In this document: in pieces, positions 25,913-40,634 of the stretch
Layout: every line of letters starts with the position of its first letter
Position numbering within the stretch: the first letter of the stretch is position 1
Assembly (NCBI GenBank): GCA_964016885.1
Contig: OZ024742.1
Coordinates: 59,954,001 to 60,018,000 of the forward strand
Source: Eledone cirrhosa
Taxonomy: Eukaryota
Reading direction: 5' to 3'
DNA: 64,000 nt
Position numbers and translations under genes: made by a program
The notes under the pieces: model-generated
The model's database searches: none
What the model was told of the DNA's origin: nothing
The model's input: only the letters and a program-made list of their open reading frames with translations

Positions 25913-27735
25913 GCGCGCGCATGTGTGTGTATGCATATATATATATACGTTTTACCAACGTAAACCTACACAACACACTACACGCCCACATACATATACA
26001 TATATATATATATATGTATATGTATGTGGGCGCACATACATATATATATATGTGTGTGTGTGTGTGTTTCACCAACGAATAGTTTAGTGACAGACACAGC
26101 CTCTAATGATTAAACAATTGGAAGATAATTTCTTCTTTCTCAAAATTGAAGTAGACCTATTACCATTGAACTAATCCATTGAAGTAAACAATCTCAAACA
26201 CAGAAACTAACAATAACCACAGTCAATTGCAGTAAACAATAACTTACGAAAACACATACACACACATACATATCCATACACACACATATATATATATATA
26301 TATGCGCATGTGTGAGTGTGCATGCGTGTGTGTATTTATGTCTGTATATTTCCTTACAGAACCCTCTCCAACAACATAACACCAGCTTAAATTAGCCAAC
26401 AACACACTAAACTGAATACCCAATTAAAAATAATGCAACTCGACCAACTTTATCAGTACTAAGAAGTCAATATCTTGATTCTATTGCGTTATGGATACCA
26501 GTTGAATTAGTTGCACCTACTTTCTAATGAACTAAATATCTAATCCTATTAATAGAAAACACTTTTATATCTGAAATATTTTAACGCTAATCTTAGACCA
26601 CACGGCATGTTACTATATATGAAATTTCTTCCTTATACAACCTCCTCAGCATATACATATAAACATATATATGTGTGCATGTATATATATATATATATAT
26701 GTGTGTGTGTTTGTTTGTGTGTGTGTGTATGTGCACAAAAACACATACATATATATACATATATATATATATTTATATATATATATATATATATACACAC
26801 GCATACACACACACTCAAAAACACACACACATATGTATATATATTTATATATATATATATTACTGATATATTTAATTAATTAGAAGTGTTACCAATATTG
26901 GTCTGTGTATTGGAGTAGTAGCAATCCAACAAGGCTTGACAGTTTAATCAGTGACTGTTATGATATAGTTCACACTAGTAAATTGTCTATTCTTGGAGCA
27001 AAGAAGACAGACATCTAATGGTATGACTACTTTTATTTTATTTCTGGCACATCAGCCATATAAAGTCAAACGCTGTATCAGAATTGAAATAATGGTTCAA
27101 ATAGTTTTTATACCTGGGTTAGTATCAAACCTGTAGTTATAGCATTTGTACCAAGGCGTTTTATATATATCAAGATTTATAGTAGATTCCATGATTAATT
27201 AATGTTGATGTTGGACCTTCATCGTCTTCGACGACGAATTTGTCAACAGAACATCATATCCGTGAAATTAAGAGGCAAGTGGCTGAGAAATCCACAAGCC
27301 TGTGCGAACTTAAGTGGGACACAATGTATGATACATTGACGTACAGCCTTTTGACGTACACCTTCAGCTCACTTTTACCAGCTGTGGCTTCTGTAAGGTG
27401 TAGCTAGATTCTGTTCAAAGATATTTCCTTCTTCAGAGCGAAAGAATATAGATATAGACCGCTGAATATTGACTGAAAAATGTTAGATACTAATGGGGTG
27501 TGGAAGGTGTGTAAGAAGAGATCGGACAAAAAGACAGTTTGGATAACCTGGGAGCTCATGTGTTATTAATATAAACAAAATTGAGGATAAATTAAAGCGA
27601 CGTTAATTCTTGAAACCATTGGAGATTTGTCTTGACACATGGCGTGGCTTAGGCATTGTAAGCCTGGTAGAGCTGATCACTCTCAAGGCCAGAACACAGC
27701 CCATCTCTTGCAGAGAGAAATAAAGAGAGGGGGAG

Positions 27736-27786
<51 letters not shown>

Positions 27787-28094
27787 AAGATAGATAGATA
27801 GAGAGATAGATAGAGAGAGAGAAAGAGAGAGGGGAAGGAGAGAATGATAAATAGAGATAGATTAAGAACCGGATGCAAATTTGACCTCAGTGAGATTTGA
27901 ACTATGAACCTAGTAAACATTTATACTCCAATGCCCTAACGATTCTAACAATTTGCCGTCGTGTAAAAACAATCTATAGAGAATACGCTGCAGCACAGCA
28001 AAGTATGTGGAAGCATGACATAATTAATTTAGCAGATATCCGACTGCCCAGTTATAGCACCACTGAGGTATTCACACACTGTTAAGTATTGCTT

Positions 28095-29100
28095 TATGGA
28101 ACGTCAGCAGAAGCTAATTTGAAAATCGTATACCCTGAAGTATATTCTTGTTCTGTCGACCCTGAGAAGGCATATGGCCGCGTTCCTAGGGTCCTGCTGT
28201 AAAAGGTACTTGGGACCCTGTCTTTGTACGAATGCCCGAGTATTTGTGTTCGGATAAATGGTGCTAAACCGAAACCATTCAATGTGGGAGTCGGATTCTG
28301 CCAAGGGTACGTACTGTCACCTCTCCTGTTTAATATTTACATGAACGGGATTGACATGGACAGTCGAGTTGGAAATAGTATCACGACTGTCGGGTGTAAA
28401 ATCAGTCGGCTGAAATTTGCAGACGACATGGTATTACTCAACTTGACAGAAGATGATCTTCAACTTGCACTGGGCAGGTATGATGCCGTGTGCTTCACGG
28501 CTGGAATGAAAATCAGTGATGCGAAACTGAGACACTCCTTTCAAGAAAGCCTAGGCAGTGCACTCTATATGTAAATAGAGTTGCACTGAAGCAAGAGGAG
28601 AAGTTCAAGTATCTTCGAGCTATGTTCACGAGTGATGGAAGTCTAGAAGCTGAATTAAGTGCAAACATTGCAAAAGCTGGTGCACTAACGCGCCAGCTCC
28701 AGCATTCAGTAATCAGAAGAAGGGAGGTAGGTGCAAAAGCCAAACTCGCTGTCTTCAACTCGGCTTTTGAGCCAACCCATACCTATAGTCATGGATCTTG
28801 GGTAATGACAGAATAAATGCGATCACGAATACAAGCGGCCGAAATGGGGTTTATTTGGAAGGATCTTTGGGGTAACGTTACTCGGAGATGAGAGAAGAAC
28901 TCAAGGTAGAGCCACTACTTCTCTTAAATGAGAAATCACTGCTGAGATACTATGGGCATGTGGTTAGAATGTCCCAGGAAAGAATCGTTGCACAGGTTTT
29001 ACGGGCGAAACCAATAGGTAGGAGACCCAGGGGTAGAACCCAGGTAAAATGGCTGGTCGCGCTTAGGGATCAGCTGGATCAGTTAGAGACGGTTTCTTCT
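28095..29100 (+). pseudogene. RTE-clade LINE reverse transcriptase fragment, degenerate
   Basis: DPEKAY-like motif, FNVGVGFCQGYVLSPLLFNIYM, LKFADDMVLL, EKFKYL, LRYYGHVVRM, GRRPRGR; frameshifted. Confidence 0.88.
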
Positions 29101-29214
29101 GTATACCCTGACAGCAAAATATATAAACTACATTTTATGAGATATTATTGTCGAGAAACACCACCAGGAAATAAATCACTGCTTTCTAATCAATACATTA
29201 TACGGAAAGGATGA

Positions 29215-29912
29215 TAATGCATCTAAAATAATCATTTCTGATCTAGGCACAAGGCCAACAATATTGGTGGGAGATGGAAGTCGATTAAATGAACCCCAGC
29301 ATGTTACTGGTGCTATATGTTATCGTCCTGCAAGGATGAAAATCAAAGCCAACCACGGCGGGATTTGAATTCAGAATGTAAAGGTCTAATGCATCTAAAA
29401 TAATGGTTTCAGATTTACGCACAAGGCCAGAAATTTTGGAGGAAATGAATATCGATTAAATCCACCCGATCTCATAAGGACGAAAGGCAAAGCTAAAATC
29501 GGTGGGATTTGAACTCAGAATGTAAATGGCTAATACATCTAAAATAATGATTTCTATTATAGGCAGAAGGCCAGCAATATTGGGGAAGGAGAACGTCGAT
29601 TAAATCGACCCCAGTGCATGACTGGTACTTTATTTTATCGACCCCGTAAGGATGAAAGGCAAAGATAACCTCGGTGGGATTTGAACTCAGATAATAAAGG
29701 ACCGTAACTCTATACTGCAAAGCATAGCGTCCGACCCTCTACTGATACTGCCAATCTTCCGCCCTTAATACATCTAAAATAATTGTTTCTACTTTTGGCA
29801 CAAGGCCAGCAATTATGCAGTGCATTACTGGTACTTTATTTTATCGACCCCGTAAGGATGAAAGGCAAAGTTAACCTCGGCAGGATTTGAACTCAAATAC
29901 ATCTAAAATAAT
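29215..29912 (-). mobile_element. Cluster of four head-to-tail SINE A copies separated by a repeated 17-18-bp target sequence
   Basis: (T)AAT[G/A]CATCTAAAATAAT at 29215, 29387, 29531, 29766 and 29896 delimits four SINE pieces. Confidence 0.85.
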
Positions 29913-31671
29913 AAAATGAAAAATGGAAATTTAGCGTCAAAATCTCGGAGTATATCAACTTCAAAGTTATATGTGTGTGTGTGTGTGTGTATGTATGCGC
30001 GTTAACATGTGTGTGTGAATGTGTACGCGTGTTTCTGTCTGTGTGTGTATATTTATGTGCCTGAAAATTTAACGTCTACACAAGTGATATCATATTCCAG
30101 AAATGAAAACAATAAATTGATATTGGCTAAACCAATACTCACAAATATCAAAATAAACTCAAAAATGTTTAGCAATGGCACAAAAGACAGTTGGTTCGAA
30201 TTATATATGTCTTATTACCATCAAGTTTAAATTTAATTATCACATCCTTATCTCCCTCCACCCACACAAAAAATAGATCTGCCAGATCTGCTAGAAATAA
30301 TAGCATAATTTTTTTCAAGTCCCACCTCGGAATGAACAACTGCTCTTTTCGATCACTGGAGCAACCTTGTGAAATTAACTTGAACTGGCAGAATATTGAC
30401 TGTAGTATTAAGTTCGGTTACAGATTATTTGGTTGTGCTCCCAAATAGATTCTTTCAATTCAATTTCACTGACACGGCTTCGGTTGACTCGAAGCTATGA
30501 TAAATGGCATGTGTCGAAGATACCATACAGTAAAAATGAATTTGGGACCATATGATTTTGAAGCAAACATCTCAAATATTCAACAATTCTGAGTTCAGTT
30601 GTCCGACCATAGTCTTAATAAAAAACCACATTCTACTCTGCGACCATGGGTGCAGCGTACATGATAAATCTGTTTGATCAGAATCGAATCGAATCGAAAT
30701 TAAGCAACAACAAATGTGACTACAACAAAACTGTCTTGTACTATTACAAAAATTGCTTAAAATTATACAGAATCAAACAAGAATACTATAAATTAATTAC
30801 ATAGTAGCTTTCATAAGAAAGCCTGCTCTGAATTAGCTTTAAAGATAATCCCACTGGTGGTGTTGGTGCAAACACAACTGGTTCATCTACAACTAAATGG
30901 AATAATAAACAGAACAAAGCAACTTGCAACTGAATATTCATATATTTCGATTAACCTTTGAGTAGAAGTTTAGAACTTGTCATAACGCTTATTTACATTT
31001 ACAGCCATGTACTACATGACGCATTGCAAGCTGAACATATCAAACAGAAAGTTATCATTTCAAATTAGATATCAAACACCCAATAAGATATCTCGTGTGT
31101 GGAATAACCCATATGTCTATGTTATTACATGGCTTAATAGACCTTACGTCGAAATTAGTGTCATAGCATTTTTTCATACATTATTCAAAAGGTCAATTTT
31201 TTTTATATTGGAATTCATGAAGCGAAGCACAATTGAAAGTAAGACAAAAAAGAGTGAGAGAGAAATGTTCAACTAGTTTCATTTATGCCAGAAGACGGCG
31301 TTCTTTGCCAACATAATTGTCTATCTCTTTCGAACTCTCATTCTTATGTGTATATATAAATATATATCGCTATATAAAAATCCATTTGTGCCTGTCACGT
31401 CGACCATCAGCGGTGGTCAGCCCTAGCTGAGAACCGTGACGCTTAGCCTCTAAACACCAATCATAATGTCTCTTCCTTCAAAATAACCCGCATAGTCTCT
31501 CTCAATGACAGAAGACGAAGGAGTAATAACCACAACACCAAGTCGTTAAAATCTGACCAGATCTTTAACTGCAGGCGCTGTGACGGTGTACAGGTTCTGA
31601 ACAGCCACGAGCTTGTCTGCAGTGAATGTGAACCACCCCTTCACAATCTACGTTCGACACGCCAAGCCATG

Positions 31672-31723
<52 letters not shown>

Positions 31724-31938
31724 TATTTAAAATGCTGGAGAGAACAGCAAACATTTATAAATACAAAATTATACTTTTCTCTGCTTATTATACGATCGTT
31801 AAACTATCTCTTTCCATCTAATCGCATGTCGCGCTAGTCTAGCAACCTGTATGCATTGAGCACACTAACCTTCTCTCTACTGGCTAGTAATCTGCATAAC
31901 TAACCACCTTTCTCTCCTCCTGATCTCTTCACCTTGTT

Positions 31939-31977
<39 letters not shown>

Positions 31978-32004
31978 CTATACACACACACATACACCCA
32001 CCCA

Positions 32005-32047
<43 letters not shown>

Positions 32048-32049
32048 CC

Positions 32050-32086
<37 letters not shown>

Positions 32087-32698
32087 TATATATTTAGATA
32101 CATATATATACACACACACACACATATATATAAATATATTGAAGAGTTAAACAAGATTCAATGAGTATATCAAAGAATGTTAAAACATTTATAACATTTA
32201 CAAAACTAATAAATATAAATAACCAGCAATTTAAAAAAAAACGTAAAATCTTCATTCTTCACCGTAAAATAGCATAAATTAAATATTTTCAAACTTAACC
32301 GTTTAACTTTCGGAAAATCTCCTTCTACATATATTACCCTTTATCTTTCCCTCTCTATATATCCTATTCCAGTGGCTCTCATTGACTGTTTTCCCAGATA
32401 AATTGTAGTATCATACATTTTAAAATCTCTATAACTGTTACATTAAGCAACGTTTTTCTTACTCACACATTCTCTATTGAATTTATTACGTTTTCGCATT
32501 TTCTCATTATTAGGGTATAAATGTTAAAATTTCTCTTAGGTTAATCAATACCTTGATTAAATCTTAACTATTTAACATCTCAGGGTATGTCATGTATCAT
32601 TATATTTTGTCTGATCAGGACGTACTGTTGTACATCCGAAATATGTATTATAAAATGTAATTGATCAAAAGGACATCTATTTTATTAATATTTGTATT

Positions 32699-32737
<39 letters not shown>

Positions 32738-32738
32738 C

Positions 32739-32794
<56 letters not shown>

Positions 32795-33439
32795 CGTGTG
32801 CGTGTGTGTGTGTACATTGCTCATATTTAATAGTACTGCTATAGGGTAATAATTCACACACTCATTTGTATAGTCTTGGTTTCACGATCAAAACTCCATA
32901 CTACATGGAATTTTCATAAGTTCAAAAACCCACCTAAACTAGACACCATATTTTATAGATCCTGTATATGGATTATTTACTGTTATTATTTCCAATTAGA
33001 TTCGTCCTCCTACGTATCGGTTAAAAACATTCATGAAAATCAGCCATTGAAATATTTGTAAAATCAATGTTAATGGGTATACTTTTTAAACTTTATTTTT
33101 AAAAGAATTAGATGGTGTCACTCAACCACCATAGTAAAAAAACACATCTTTTATTCCTTATATAATTGTGCAGCATACAATAAACCGATGTAGAAATATA
33201 GCAAGCTTTTAAATCCCCAATTTTATTAAAAATAAATTTAATAGTATTTTTGCCAAAGCCAACATAATTGAATTATTGTATAAAACACACATATTCTTCG
33301 TATTATCATTATGGTAATTTTGCTATACAACATTTGTGTTATATCTTCATCGAAAGCGTCAAAGGTTAAATAGTTTTTTTTTCTTCATTTAAACGCTTTC
33401 CATTCTTATGAATTTCATAATCGAAAAAAAACTAGAGAA

Positions 33440-34430
33440 AAATAACAACAATGATATTTTTTCCCTTTAGAGACGTTTCTCTAGCAATCACTTGTGGGTG
33501 CAGCATGTTGAATGACCTCCGATCAGTCTCTGATCTCAGAAGATAAATATATCGGATTCTGGCAGTTCTATGGATGATAGAAATCTGGGCACTGCCTATG
33601 AAGTTGAGTATCCCAACGTTTTTCAGGAAAGACGTAAGACGTTTACGGACTGTACCTAGCACCCCAATGGAAATTGGCCCGGCTTCTGTCTCTATATGGT
33701 GAACGGTTTTTTATAGCGCTTGCAAGATGTGCGTTTATTGATCTTTTCCATTATTTTTTCAACCACATTGAGGGATCGCAATATCAATTAGAGTCCATTT
33801 TGGTGGTTCGATTGTTTTTACAACAATATCAAGGTTGTGTTAGACTTTGTTTGCGATTCGGATTTCAAGGTCCCAATATAAATCTACTCACTCTCCTGCT
33901 CTCCTCATAAGCAGAATTCAAGAGGAGCATGTTCTTACCACTGACTATACGTTTTCATGTAACATTTTATGCACAACTTCCGGTGCAATCTTTTTACTAT
34001 AAGATCATGCCGCGTTTTATAACTTCTTTTTCCTAATTGCTCACATTCACTACAAATATGTGCCCAAAGACTCCTCTGCTTTATGACATATTCAGCAACG
34101 AAGGGAGCAATTTGGTCCATCAATGTTAGCTTTCACTCAATTTGTTTTGAGTGCCTGGTCATATGCCTCAGTAATAATAGTTTCAGCGCTCTGTTAACCA
34201 AACCTGGTCTAAGACAACGCCAAGAACTAGGATTGGCAATCTATTTAATGCAGTTGGGAATTTGCCATGAAGAGCATTTTCTTACTGTGCCCATTCTTGT
34301 TTCTCTCTAAACGCTTTATTGTATGCTTTCTTACCAGAACTTCTCTCAGTGGTGGTTCTTCAGTTAATGTTAGATAGTCCAACAAGCTCTTACACTCACA
34401 AAGTACACATTGCTAAATCGAAGTTAAACC
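33440..34430 (-). pseudogene. R4/Dong-like non-LTR retrotransposon C-terminal fragment (zinc knuckle + restriction-like endonuclease)
   Basis: HICSECEQLGKRSYKTRHDLIVKRLH (zinc knuckle remnant, RHD motif) and terminal IGVLGTVRKRL...QISIIHRTARI; degenerate. Confidence 0.7.
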
Positions 34431-34488
34431 TCTCCCACCTTCCTTTCTCTCACAGTACATTGATAACTAGGAGGGCTAGCTATCTGGG

Positions 34489-34631
34489 AAAACAACACAA
34501 AAAGAACAGAGACGATATCGAAGAAAACGACAAAAAAAAAAGAAAACACAAAGGAGAAACTCATATCGATAGAGAAGCGGAAAAACACAAGGGGAAATCT
34601 AGGTTCAGGGCTTATGTTCTGTTTCTGCATT

Positions 34632-34715
<84 letters not shown>

Positions 34716-34970
34716 CCCGGTTACTGCAACTTACATGTACTGCTGTCTCATGTTTTCCTCTTCTCTATCGGTATGTTTTTCTCCTTTGTGTTTTCTTTTT
34801 GTCGTTCTCTTCGATATCGTCTCTATTTGTGTTGTTTTTTTTCTGTGATCCACAGAAGAAAGCCGACGATTGGGAATTGACCTTGTGTTTATGTTTGTGT
34901 TTCTTTTACATTTTCTAAATAATATTTATTATTAGCAAGACTGCGCCTTTGTCACTTTTTAACTCGTATA

Positions 34971-35008
<38 letters not shown>

Positions 35009-35645
35009 GGGGGGGGGGGTATGTTTTAATTTATATATGTATATATATATATATACATATATAAATTCAAACATACAACCCCCCCCACATATATATATAT
35101 ATACATATATATCTATCTATCTATCTAAGGCGGGTAAAATTCCCGAGATCCAGGACGAGTTCTCTCCAGCGGTCTCTGTCCCTCATTATCGCTGCCATAT
35201 CCTGCATCTCCAACAGACCAGTGTTGGTCCTTAGGGCATCAACATATGTTAACCTTGGTCTTCCTCTTCTAGTGTGTCCATGTAGGGGCTCCCAAAGGAG
35301 CACTGAGTGCAATGTCAACTCTGGATGTCGGTGAGCATGTCCAGCCAACCTCAGTCTTCTCTGTGTCACCTTTGAGCTGACTTTTGGGATGCTCCCATAC
35401 AGCTCTGAGTTTTTCATCCTCAGTGTATACTGATTAATGTTATACAGTGTATACTGATTAATATATATATATATATATATATAAATATATACGAGTTAAA
35501 AAGTGACAAAGGCGCAGTCTTGCTAATAATAAATATTATTTAGAAAATGTAAAAGAAACACAAACATAAACACAAGGTCAATTCCCAATCGTCGGCTCTC
35601 TTCTGTGGATCACAGAAAAAAAACAACACAGATAGAGACGACATC
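34489..35645. repeat. Nested inverted repeats around (CT)n and (TA)n tracts
   Basis: About 34489-34592 is inverted to 34747-34843; about 34815-34980 is inverted to 35480-35642; a small palindrome lies at about 35001-35093. Confidence 0.8.
35110..35420 (-). mobile_element. RTE/RTE-X-like LINE 3' end with (TAGA)n tail
   Basis: QRRLRLAGHAHRH...LLWEP...RRGRPRLTYVDAL...MRDRDRWR; a same-family 3' fragment lies at 50231-50325 (+). Confidence 0.8.
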
Positions 35646-36253
35646 TATATACAGGGTAACAGATTATTGTTATAGGTAGTCCACTTAAGTGTAGTCCAGT
35701 TATGGTACTCCGAGTAGTGGATGATATCAACGCTTGGCTAAGTTTGACTCAACAAGGCGTTTCCATAGTTATGCTGCCAGTACGCGGTAATTTCTATGTT
35801 GTAAACACTTGGAGTAATGATAAATCAGGAAAGAAGAGTAACACGGTTTGCTATACAAAAAAGGTTTTTAATTTCATTGCTTACAATTGTTTCTCTGAAC
35901 TGGTAGGTCTAGAGATCACTACCCGCTTGTTTTCACGTCAATCGATCACCAATACGTAGTTGTAATCAGTCAATTCATCTGAGCTTGTGAGAATGAAAGG
36001 AATATACAGACATGGCTACTATATATAGTAGTAATGGCATTCAATCAGAACAATAACAACAATACTAACAATGCTAGCAATAAATTATTTGAAATAATCA
36101 CAACATCAATCTAGGTGAGAAATATAGTATATCTACGATTTTAGCGTGAGATTAAAAACCTCTTTTGTATAGCAAACCGTGTCACTCTTCTTTCCTGATT
36201 TATATAGATATATATATGTATACACACATATATGTACACACACACACATACAT

Positions 36254-36287
<34 letters not shown>

Positions 36288-36379
36288 GTGTGTGTGTATA
36301 TATACATATATATGTGTGTGTGTGTGTGTGTGTGTCTATCATTTACACAATATTATACAAGTATAGTAATATTTATATT

Positions 36380-37185
36380 TAGTAAAACAAGACATACTAT
36401 GTAAAAATACATTTAAAGGCATGCACAATTCTACTTACATTATGATTGCAAAATTCAATTATAATTGCTCAATTTTAATGGCTTGAGAAGAAAATATAAA
36501 TTACCATAATTAAAATGGTTAATCACAATCAGTAAATTAAATCACATCATCCTCATCAGAGATTCTTTTCTTACCAAAAATATATTCAGCCTTAATCAAT
36601 AGAATTCAAATAAATTAATTTGTGTTGGTATTGATGCCAAGAAGACGACTAATTTAACAGGCCAAAACGCGTTTTTACCTTTATAAAGCAGCCATAAATG
36701 GCTGGAAGTTCAGAGGAAGCTGAAGAAGGCTCACCAATCGCGTCAAAACCTACAACTCAACACAAATTATCTAATTAAGGGAGCAGCAAATATAGATCGA
36801 AATAAATTATCTCAATCCTATTATACCATAAAAAGCTCAATGAATATTAAGGGCTAAAATCCAAATTTTCAGAGTATCATTTAAACAATATTATTTAGAT
36901 TTGATATTTCGTAAAACAAAACATAGTAAGCTAAAATACATTTAAAAGCAAACAAGTTACATCAAAATCAGTAAATTCAATTAAAACTGCATATGACAAA
37001 GAATAATTATTAATTACCATAATTAAAATAGTTAATCAGTAAATTAGGGCAAATCATCTTCATCAGAAAGCATTGCTTTACAAAGAACATATTTAGCCTA
37101 TACAAGAGGATTCAAATAAATTGATTTGTGTTGGCATCGAAGCCAAAAAGACGACTAATTTTACAGCTCCAAACGCATATGTATG
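36380..37185. repeat. Diverged direct duplication (period about 510-530 bp)
   Basis: GTAAAACAA..CATA, AATTACCATAATTAAAAT and TTTGTGTTGG..GACGACTAATTT blocks recur at about 36380-36670 and 36910-37180. Confidence 0.7.
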
Positions 37186-38399
37186 AAAAAAACACACATG
37201 TTTGCTTTATAAATATTATTATATTATACACAATATGCACATTCTACTTATCAATAAGTTGATAAATTATTTTACTAGTCATTTAAATTGCAACGTTGCA
37301 TACATATACTCAAATAATATTTTAATGAGAAAAAGTCATAAACATAATGAACCTAATGTAATGTTACGGAAAGCGGCTTTCAGGAAACATTGTAATAACT
37401 AAATTCATATATATGTTTAATAATTATTTCTACTTTTGGCACAAGGCAAGCAATTATTCCAGCGTATCACTGGTACTTTATTTTATTGACCCTGTAAGGA
37501 TGAAAGGCAAAGTTAACCTCGGCGGAATTTGAACTCAGATCATAAAGGGGCGTAACCCTATGTTACAAAGCATGGCGTCCGACCCTCTACTGATACAGCC
37601 AATCCACCAGCCAATAATACATGAATATATTCTCCGTCTAAGAGCGTTTGTCTTTGAGTTAACGTATCATTACAAGTATGGTGGTGGGTATAACTATAAA
37701 GTATAAATATGGGTTGTGCGATCTTTTGAACAATTGTCCAATCCTCCTGCGACGAAATAACTCTGGGAAACGTTAATCCAAAATAATGTGTGTTCAGTAA
37801 CGTTTAATGTTTTATTTTGTTGACCACATGAGCTATTGGTGAGAAGTTAAACCTATTCAAGCACATATATGGCCGTATGACCTCCAGCCCCGACAACCGG
37901 AATTCTTATTTGGATGCCATGCACTAGGGAATCGTTGGCGAATTGATATACTTTTAATATCATCAGATTACCATTCTCTCTGGTATTTTTTCTGTTATTT
38001 TTTCCGGTTAAATCTCAACGAGGTGTCATTAGTTTTTCATCGTTTCGAGGCGAGAAAACGATAAAGTAGCAGCTCAGGCTGGAGGATAGGCAGAATTTAT
38101 AGCATTCACCAGGATGCATTTCAATAAAAAGATCAGAATCTGCATGTTCTGAATTGAAATCCAATCTGATTTTTACCGACAAACTTAGGGTATAATGAAA
38201 CTAGGGCTTCTATTATTTGAAAAAGTATACACGATAACTCATATGACGTGCTACTCCAAGGGCGATGGCTAAAGCTAAGCAGAACTGAGTTTCAGTAACA
38301 ACAATGGCAACAGGAACTGTTATTTGATGCTAGTTGCGTATGAGACAGCTACAATAATGTGACACCCCCACAGGGTTTGTAACCAAATGACGGTAGTGG

Positions 38400-39790
38400 A
38401 TTGAGGTGGGTGAGAGACATATTTTGTTATGGTACTTTAGGGTGCGTTATACTGCGCATTAAACTGTCGTCATGATTACGATAAATACGATTATGTAGAC
38501 ATAACATATGTTTTAACGTTAATTGATACACAAAAACTCTACGCGTTTGATCGCTCTCGTTATGCTGGATATATTCTTTATGGAGGCCGGTCAAAGCATT
38601 TCTACAATTACAGCTTCTCTTTGTTACTTGGTTGCTATTGGGAATAGAACATTGATGGTATATCATTTTATCAAGCTTTTACAGATTACCGTTAAGATGA
38701 CTTGGGCGTCAAGTCCCATTTGTATTAATTTGATTAACAGCTTTTATGGAACTAACATTATATTTCTTTTGTTTCATATAATTGTTAGGTGCTATTTATG
38801 ATTATCGATATTATCCTTATGTTTATGATTATTGCTATAATTTCTAGTTTTTGTCGTTGAATAATGTAAAATTGTACATGTATTTCTCGAGTTGGGTTTA
38901 CGTAGAGTCCTATTACGCGAGATTACATTATTATAGACATTTCTATCAACCATAGGGGAGTTGACATTCGATACGATATTTTCCTTATAACCAGATCTAT
39001 TCAGTGCTTCGTTGTAATAATGAGGTCTCTGATCAAACCTAGCTTGGTGAGAAGAGAGTTCAGAGATTCGGTTTGACACGTTGTTGACAATAGATTTTAG
39101 AATAGATCTTGTGTAGATGGATTGATTTTTCGTGTAGAATAGTTCTTTGCCCGTTTATGAAAAAAGTTTTTACACTCCATACTCGAGGTTTAAAGTTACA
39201 TCTAAAAAGTTTACAACACTTATTTTTAGTATCAACAGTTATAGTTAGGTTATACTCTTTAAAGAATCTCTGTAAAAGTTTATTTTTATTTTTTTTTATT
39301 CAACTCTAGGTTTCTACTATTCTTACTAATGGTGAAGAGAGGATCATCAAGATATAGGCCCCCTTTGAAGTGTGAAAAATGCCTTTGAGTTTGTTTAGTA
39401 AGAAAATATCCGCTAATATCGAAATTATTAGGGCGGTTTTATAAGTCCACGAGCTACGAACAAACTCAACTATGGTCTTTCTAGCAGTTAGTATAATATT
39501 GATTTCTGTCTTAGTTGTTACTAGTTCTTTTAGACATAATCAAGGCCCCATTTAGGAGGGCGAAGGAGATTGAAGAGAAATAGCTATATATGTTAAATTG
39601 TATAAAGTTTGATCTATTATTATCCTGAAGTTTCATAAGCTAGTTTACTTCCTCATCAGTGTTATTCGATAATTTTAAACTGAGTTTTTATTTCCAATCA
39701 GGGAAAATTCTGTCTAAAATGTTTTAGCAGTATATCGTTCAGTATATCATCCTAGTTTGTTCACAATGCGATTCATCTCACTATTAATAT
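38400..39790 (-). pseudogene. Degenerate Penelope-like element (RT-GIY-YIG remnant)
   Basis: Fragments GGLYLDD (~39345-39365), NRISELSS...YYNEALNRSGY, SCNCRNA; many lesions. Confidence 0.75.
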
Positions 39791-40182
39791 TATCCACGTT
39801 TACAGTTATAGATTCACGTTTACAGTTATAGAGAGCATTCCTCATTCTATAGACTTCTGACTGAGGAATGCTCTCAGAACTGACCAATGGGAAGTTTGAC
39901 ACTGTTTTTGTTATTTTGTTCCTTTAACACCTTGTCCCTTCTACCATTTTATCAATTTTTAAGCTAACTCCAACAATAACAACACTTAGAATGAGGAATG
40001 TTCTAATAACTGACCAATGAGAGGAGAAGGGGACCTTTGACACTGAAATTCGTTTGTTTCAATTCATATGACTCCAGTTCCTCAGTGAATTAACAACCCA
40101 ACAAGGAACTGGGCATATCAGAGTATTGACAATATTATACACCTAAACAACATATGTACTTGTCTATACCATACTAATTTAA

Positions 40183-40237
40183 ACTGCCTGAAGAGGTCAC
40201 AGCCAAAGATGGCTGTCACTGAAATATATATAGCAGT
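40183..40237 (+). ncRNA. Type I hammerhead ribozyme in a pLTR-like segment (about 39830-40381) inverted relative to the adjacent PLE
   Basis: ACTGC-CTGAAGA-GGTCACAGCC-AAAGAT-GGCTGTCACT-GAAA-TATATA-TA-GCAGT. Confidence 0.85.
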
Positions 40238-40378
40238 AATAAACGAAGCTAAATTTTAATCATTTGACTTTTATTTAACTTTATTTTACACTACTCCGGA
40301 GTAACCAAACCAACCTGCGCACTTCGTCGAGTGCTCCAGCCTGCATACTGAGGTGTTGGTATACAACCAACATAAACT

Positions 40379-40413
<35 letters not shown>

Positions 40414-40553
40414 TAAACAAATAATGAATAAACAATTCCTTATATTAAACAAAAAAAGTTCATTATTTAACGATCGTTTCTAGGATATATATGTGTTAGA
40501 ATTGGTATGCATATTCATATTGGACACTACCGTAAACTCTTGGTAGATTTATC

Positions 40554-40634
<81 letters not shown>

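Noticed and set aside
26884-27020. KCYQYW peptide suggesting a tyrosine-phosphatase exon
   Set aside because: The short match is followed by unrelated sequence and an in-frame stop; no other PTP motifs seen.
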